From assembly GCA_001949185.1 (NCBI GenBank), contig BDGG01000002.1, positions 6,872,448 through 6,936,447 on the forward strand: a stretch of 64,000 nt of DNA. Direction: 5' to 3'. A program made the position numbers and the translations under genes. Below the pieces are notes generated by a model that was given only the letters and a program-made list of their open reading frames with translations, made no database searches and was not told the origin of the DNA. The DNA is from Ramazzottius varieornatus. Lineage: Eukaryota > Animalia > Tardigrada. Positions 56,181 to 64,000 of the stretch are shown piece by piece (within the stretch, counting starts at the first letter, position 1; every line of letters starts with the position of its first letter).

Positions 56181-58670
56181 TTATTTATACATCAAGACCT
56201 GACGAAATGTTGGAGATTGGATGATTATGTGGTGAAGGATCGGGCAAGGGAAAGGGGAGGGGATTTGGACTGCGGGGAGGTTCCTTGTGGGAAAACGTTG
56301 AGCACGGTGTTGCGGGTAGAACGGAAGCGTGGGAGACTTAGGGGGCCTGTGGCAAAGAAGAAAGGTCACGGCGGAAGAGGAGCGAAATTAAAAGTTATTT
56401 TCAAGGGGACTGGAAAATGAGCATACTTCACGGCAATCTTCGTAGAACTTTTTATAGTAGGCGAACGTGGGCGAGTCTCGACCAGCACAGACCGAAACTA
56501 TTTTCATGGCTTCGACGAAATGCTTCAGGAGCTCTAGCTGTTCTTTGGGAGCAGTCTTGACAATGAGACCTCTGGTCGTGCACTTCATCAGGATTTCCGC
56601 ATTTTGGAAGGTCCAGAAAGGATGGACTTTCGTGTACGTCGTGCTTAGCTCGCTGAAATGGGCGAAGGCCTTGGCATATTGGCCCAGTATGTCGGCCGAA
56701 CAGGCTATTTGCAGGGATGTGGATATTACGAGGCTGTTGAAGGGGTGAAGGACCTTCCGAAGCTTACTGTTCAGCTCTTCGGACAATGAAAGAACTCTCC
56801 GATGATCTGCAAGAAAGATTCGGGTAACGTTAACGCTGTATCAGTCACAAAAGTATCTACACAACTCTGAATTTCATGCTGCTTGTGCCATCTCGAAAGT
56901 CGCTACTGACCATCGGACTTTTTGGCTTCGGAAAGAAGAATTTGGGTATGACGGCCAAGTTCAAGCATCTGTCGGACGTTTTCGACGTCTTTTTCGCTGC
57001 AAGACTGGGCGCATTTTTGGCAAGGCTCGCTCTCGAATGAAAAAGGTTCCATCAGTATTACTCCATCACAGTTTGAGCATCGCACGCTATTCATTCGTTT
57101 GTCCAGGGACTCATCAACGCAGGCTCGGCAAAGGCAGTCGAAGTAATATCTTTTCTGCAGCATTTCGCGCCTTGGTTTGGAAAAGTAGAGCTTGTCCAAA
57201 TAACTCAAACGAAGCTGGAAAACAAAAGAATTAGCGAGGAAAAAAATCCTACTGACGGTGTGAAGGATACCATACGTTGTCGAAGCAGTCCACACTTTCG
57301 GTGGTGTGAATATTGAGTAGGGTTCCTGAAAAGCTTGGACAAGCGTTCGGCAGACAGGCGTGGTCCAGCGAGGACCCGGAGAGATACAAGCCAACGCCCA
57401 GTTTATCCCCGTAGGTCCCGAAGATGGTCATGTTGTTTATGCGTATACGTCCATGGATCACTCCAAGCTGGTCCATATCGATGAGGTCGCCGTAGTCTGC
57501 TATTCCTTTGAACGTTTTGTAAAAGTAGGATGACATCACTTCAAGAAATTCCATTTCGGCCGGGTCGTTCTGGATTTCCTCCCAATCTAGCAATTATAAT
57601 CGTCAGAGCTGTGGGCAGAACAATACAGTAGAGAAGAAGATGGAAACGTACGATGCATGAGGTTGGTGAATGTCCGGTTGGGTAGGATCGGAAATGCATC
57701 GCTTGGTAAGTTCCACGACTTATCGTGCTGCAAGTGACACCGAAGAAGGCATTTTATCGATTCAGTGTACCGTATTGATACATGACGATGTTTCATAACT
57801 TAAATGTTGATTAATCCATAACAATACTTTAATTCTTATGATAGCTTGCAAGCAAAGACGAACGGTCTCGATGGTCAAGGGAACCGCCAGCTCTGTCGAC
57901 GCCAACGCATTCTTGAATATCGGACATTCGTATTTGTGGACAAATTTCCAGCTGGCTTTCTGGAAACGCAATAGAACGGCATAGTGAGACGCTGAGAGAA
58001 AACTCGACAATTGTATTTTGATCAACTCCAAGCCACCGCTCAGCCCTGTTCTGACAGAAGCTTTGGTACCGACCCGGAAGTATCCAGCTTCGTGTCTCAC
58101 CTGGCATTCTTTTCCACAGTACCAGGAGAATCCGCAGCCGGTACATCGTTTCAAGGTTGGTCCTCTGAAAACGAAAGACCAACAATCGAAGGACATGGAT
58201 GTAGTGTTAATGTGCGACAGCTCATAAAGTATGAGGGCTTTACTGTAGCCGGAAGTGGTGAGTGAAAGGAGCCGTCATGCAGGTCCAGTATGATTATTAT
58301 CTTCAGGCGTAGCGGGTTCACGCGTACGGGATCTCTCTAAATGAGGTATAAAATATCTAATTAAACATTTCGAAACGGGGACCAGAGAAACCATCTAAGG
58401 AGTACTTCGAGTCACGACTTGATACTCATGACTTTGGACATGCGGGGAATCTGGAGAAACGAACACTGATTATCAGCTGGATCACAGCCTAGTTCACCTC
58501 TGAAAACAATGGTTGCAGATGCCTTGCCGGCACTTCTCGCTGACGACAAAGATCCAGGGTTTCTCGTAGAGGACACGGTCACCGATCTGGTATGGACCAT
58601 ACATCTTGGTCTTGACCGGCCCGATCGGGAACGCCGGATCACAGGCATAACTGTCGGAGGTTGCAGACAT
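56181..58670 (-). CDS. SMYD: SET and MYND domain lysine methyltransferase (SMYD2/3-like)
   Basis: GDRVLYEKP, MYND finger CNHC...CTGC...YCGKECQ...W..H..EC, SET motif GLYLSGSSLDHACLPN, and post-SET YYFDCLCRAC. The last exon is uncertain: stop at 56388 if unspliced, 56181 if spliced. Confidence 0.9.
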
Positions 58671-59948
58671 TTTCGCTGCTTTTATGGGATCCGGTATGTT
58701 TAAATCAACGATCCACTAGCCTTCCACATTCACAACACAGTGGTGTCAATTACCAGCCTTTCAGAAATGCAATCTTGCTCTGAAATGAGGGGAAAGAGGG
58801 GTCACCAAATACTTCGATCATGGAGCAACATCCGAGGCGTTCTGAAATGTCAGTATGGCCAACACGGTCAACTTGCCAACTATCATAAACTCACGTCGCG
58901 ATCTGGTCTAGTGACGTTTCTGCAGGCAGCAACTCCGATTACCACCAGCTGATGTACAGATAAGCTATGATAGAGACCCGAGAGAGTGGAGGAGACTCGG
59001 AGCAAATGTCGTTAAGAGAGAAACGCTTGGTATGAAAGTTTCGCTACAAAGAACCCTAGTGGGAAAACTGACACGATGAAACCGCGCGTGGATCGACATC
59101 TTTGTATTAGCTTTAATCACGTCGCGAATAACTGTCGCTACTCCGGGAACTCGAACATGTCGAACACAAATACGACATAAAGCCGGCGAGTATTAGTTGG
59201 CAGTTCGCCACAGAACCTATTCTGCGTGTTTGGAGGTTATTGATTGCGGTAATTTACTTTAGCGACAACGTGAATTTCGCCGTTCAGAAACCACGGGATG
59301 TCCTACGAAAGCAGACTTCGTGTATCAGTGCCACGCAGGCTGGATTCTGAAGCTTCGAGAAAACTATTTACACCTGACAACTATTATGAACTCATGGCGT
59401 TCTGGAAGGCTGGTGTGGCAGACGGTCGGTAAATATTTAACGAGACCAAAACCTTTTATCGTCATACAGACGAGAATACGGATTTTGGGTTTTTGGAACA
59501 GAAAAGATAACTGCACGGAGTGACCTGAAACTGCAAGAAATGTCCAATCTCGTCCGCCCACTGAAGCGTTTGAAATTTCCACTACAGCAGTCTTCAATCT
59601 TTCAGCAACGTCGAGATTGAATTTGTGTATTTTTAGATCCTACTTCAGCATCGGAGATATCACGTTTCTTTATAACACTTTACTGCAGATCCTTCAAGCG
59701 TCCATCAACAAGTCATCTTCAAGCCCTGGATCTTGCTTGCAAAGGTCTCCAGCCCCAAAACATGTCTGATACTGAAATAGATCTGCTTGTGCATAATAAT
59801 TTTTGCAGCCGTAAGCATAATGAAACAAGGAACTAAGTGACGTCTGTCACTTGCAAGTCGTCACTTAGTTCGGATTCTTCAAGTCGATTGCTTCGTCAAA
59901 TGATCAGTTGATGCTCTTCACTGTCAGGTTTCTTTTCGCGTCAGAGTC

Positions 59949-60490
59949 CTACGCGTCGGGATACCCTGAAAAATCATCATCATGACTTTGCTTCAGCTTG
60001 ACTGTTTTGCAAAAGCTCAAAATACCCGTAACCGGATGAAAAGTGGCTCACCTTGTTGTTCCGTGTCAGAGAAGAAACCTGAACCTAGACAGGCGGCGAA
60101 GGAAGATTTGACGAAGCAAGGCGGGGGTGGGCGATGAGGATTGCAGCACGACAGCTTGTTTACAAGTTTGCGGTCTGGAATGACCACGGGAACGATGAAA
60201 GTAGGCACTTTACCAACAGAGCTAGCTGAAAATTGGAAGCTTGAATTATACAGGCTGACTACATTCTTAGATATTCAGAAAGAGAAAACAAGTTACGGCC
60301 TACAACAGGCGCCGTACCCACCGTCGTCCATGTCCCGAAAGTTCTCCTGATTAGGAGTTTGTCGCCAAGGTCCATCGTCTAAGCCGTCATGTTTGAATGG
60401 AAAAGGATAACGTCGAGAGCTGGGAGCCGCTAGGGCATTCCCGAATATTACAATGCCCAGCAATATAGTCAAACCCATGCAATCAAACAT
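59949..60490 (-). CDS. small secreted orphan protein or peptide precursor (about 97 aa, tentative 4 exons)
   Basis: Signal peptide MFDCMGLTILLGIVIFGNALA, a dibasic RR, then ...GYGACCRP|AYFHRSRGHSRPQT|CSGFFSDTEQQ|GYPDA*, using canonical GT-AG junctions. The 3' exons are tentative. Confidence 0.5.
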
Positions 60491-60950
60491 TTCGATGGTT
60501 CTCGTGAGATAACCATGTAACTAGTGGCTCCCCGTGATTCCTCCTCGGATGCAATAAACTGAGAATTAGTTCTCTATTCGGAGTGCAGATTCAGTGTGGC
60601 ATGGCTATTGTTTTACCCACAGAGCCAGATAAGGGAGACTTATTCACAGAAACCAAAAGTTTCCAGGTTGCCACGCCCTCTTTTTTATAGTTAATGATGA
60701 GGTGCCAGTCTGAAATTTCTCCGAAGTTGAAACGCACAAAATCCTCGTTCGTTGTTGGACACAGTAACACGAACAATGAAATCCTAACTGGAAATCTCAA
60801 TAAGAACGGAAACTAAATAAAACAGCGGCGGGAGACAAAAATTCAGCTGGAATGCCGACAGTGGAATTTTATTTAGGAAAAAATAAAATTTTGTGTAATG
60901 ACGTTCTGATTGATAATCTTGATTAAATGACTTGCTTCAAAATTAACTAT

Positions 60951-62323
<1,373 letters not shown>

Positions 62324-62668
62324 GTTTGATGGAAAATTCAATGTCAGTGGATGAGCCTGGACAACCGAACTGAAGCTCAGAATGAAGAATAACGAGGAAA
62401 TCATGGAGTCTAAACTCAATTATATTTTCGCTAATTAGCGTCTACCACGTTCCGCAACAGTGCGTTTGCGAGAAAGCAGATGTCACATGATTGACGTGAA
62501 GGGAATATTGCAAAATCAATGAATCACCTTGGATTTCTCAGCAATATGATATGAATGACATGACATAAACGCCAGACAGTTTACTACTCTTTGGTTGACT
62601 TTCTTCAGGACCCCGGAATCCCCGGATAACGAAGTTCTCTCCTCAGGCGACCAGTCCTCGACCGAACC
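62324..62668. promoter_or_regulatory. probable bidirectional promoter between AK3 and TFIIIA
   Basis: Head-to-head start codons are 345 bp apart. Confidence 0.5.
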
Positions 62669-63793
62669 ATGGAGGTTTTCGATCAAGACCTTACAGATCT
62701 GGCAAACGAATATCGAGATTCTGACGAGGTTTTATCCGATGAAGGGTTGGAGGACTGCGGCTCCATATCCACGTAAGTTACTTCCGGTCGGTTTAGTGTA
62801 TATGGATAATATGATACTGTATGCCTCTCGTCGTATCAAGGTGAGCTGCATGAGTGTTCTGTTTAGGTCTGAGGAGGATGACTGTTCCGAAGATGAGGGA
62901 GACACCCGCCGCTTCAAATGCGACTTTCCTGGTTGCGACGCCGCGTTCAGGAAGTCGTGCCGACTCCAGTGGCATATCCGAGTGCACGACGGCGAAAGGC
63001 CGTACAGATGTGACTTCCCGAAGTGCGAGAAGCAGTATACCCGATCATATCATCTGACAAGACACAAGAAGAAAGCACATGGAAGAGCAGGATCGCCTTC
63101 AGGAACACCCAGCTACCCATGCTTGTTGGACGGGTGCAGGAAAGTTCTCTCGACGAAGCAGCTCTTGGATCGTCATGTAGACAACTACCATAAGAGACGA
63201 CAGTTTGCGTGCGCGACTTGCGGCAAGCGGTTTCAGAAGCACCAACATCTGCGATCTCACGAGTTCGAGCATAACAAGGTGTTTCCGTTTGTATGCTTGA
63301 ATGAGAACTGTGGAAAAGGTTAGTTGATTTTCGGCTCAATAGTCTATCGTGCTTTCCATGGATGTATCTGGTATTTCTAGGGTTTTTGACTCGGGCGAAA
63401 CTGACCCGACATTCCAAAAGCCACGAAGGATACGCGTGTGACGTCGAGACCTGCAAAGAGAAATTCGACAAGTGGTCCACGCTTCGAAAGCACAAGGCGA
63501 GTGCGCATCGGAAGGTATTCCAGTGTCAGCGATGTTCCAAAACGCTCTCCCGTCGGTCATTGCTGGAAGACCACGTCACAACTCACGATGAGGAACGAGA
63601 AGCGTTCGAGTGTTCCAAGTGCAGAAGCGTCTTGCTGTCCCAGAAGTCCTTGAAGACTCATCAGGTGCACTGTGGAGTTTTGAAAGAGCAGCTCATTTGC
63701 AGCTTTCCAGCTTGTGGTAAAATATTTGTGCGAAAAGCTAACTTTGTGAAACATGAGAGCTTGCATTCGTTGTCGGTACCCGACGGTTTGTAG
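62669..63793 (+). CDS. GTF3A: transcription factor IIIA (nine zinc fingers)
   Basis: Three exons, an acidic N-terminus and nine tandem fingers. Fingers 1-2 (FKCDFPGC...HDGERPYRCDFPKC...YHLTRH) and the short HEGYAC linker between fingers 5 and 6 are typical of TFIIIA. Confidence 0.85.
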
Positions 63794-64000
63794 CACTGTA
63801 GCGGTATATGGTACCTTCCAAGGTGCCCTGTCTTCCAAACATTTAGCTAACTGTTGCGGATACACCAACGATGTGTACACCAGTGACTTCCGGCAAAGTT
63901 TTATTTCCTGTTTTTGTTCTGACTCCGATGCTACAGTACTTCCGTCTTGTTGTTGAACATGGTTATTCACATTTTTCCCGAACTCTCTGCTTACAGTAGT

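Noticed and set aside
56240-56350. G-rich tract with G-quadruplex potential
   Set aside because: It is the complement of a pyrimidine-rich SMYD intron or UTR, with no evidence of function.
57345-57375. SMYD SET motif DHAC instead of NHSC as a sign of inactivity
   Set aside because: From recollection, Asp at this position is common in invertebrate SMYD3-like proteins, and the other catalytic and post-SET residues are intact.

Overview
This is a gene-dense eukaryotic (invertebrate animal) genomic window with many short GT-AG introns of about 50-90 bp. The compact style resembles a tardigrade-type genome, but the taxon is a weak inference. Spliced genes read by hand, in order: the 3' end of a gene with PP1-docking-like motifs (1-267), a possible 77-aa microprotein, Na+/K+-ATPase alpha (+), asparagine synthetase (+), and a spliced CenH3/CENP-A-like histone H3 variant (-) whose histone fold the ORF track does not show and which carries a 1-nt frameshift. 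Next come a decayed condensin CAP-G-like relic (-), a ROR-family receptor tyrosine kinase with a degenerate kinase domain (+), Hook (-), RPL18 (-) and a Nup50-like gene (-). A cluster of about 7 kb of nested, defective hAT transposons follows, then two tandem PiT/SLC20 phosphate transporters (-), a 4-TM CD20/MS4A-like gene (+), two tandem paraoxonases (-), a SMYD methyltransferase (-), a small secreted orphan precursor (-), AK3 (-) and a nine-finger TFIIIA (+). Two families of short dispersed hairpin (MITE-like) elements occupy many of the unusually long introns. The most notable findings are the hidden CenH3-like gene beside a CAP-G-like relic, ouabain-resistance-type substitutions in the sodium pump, an apparently kinase-dead ROR, and the ~71-bp intronic hairpin family. 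All exon models and homologies come from manual translation and remembered family motifs; no searches were run.
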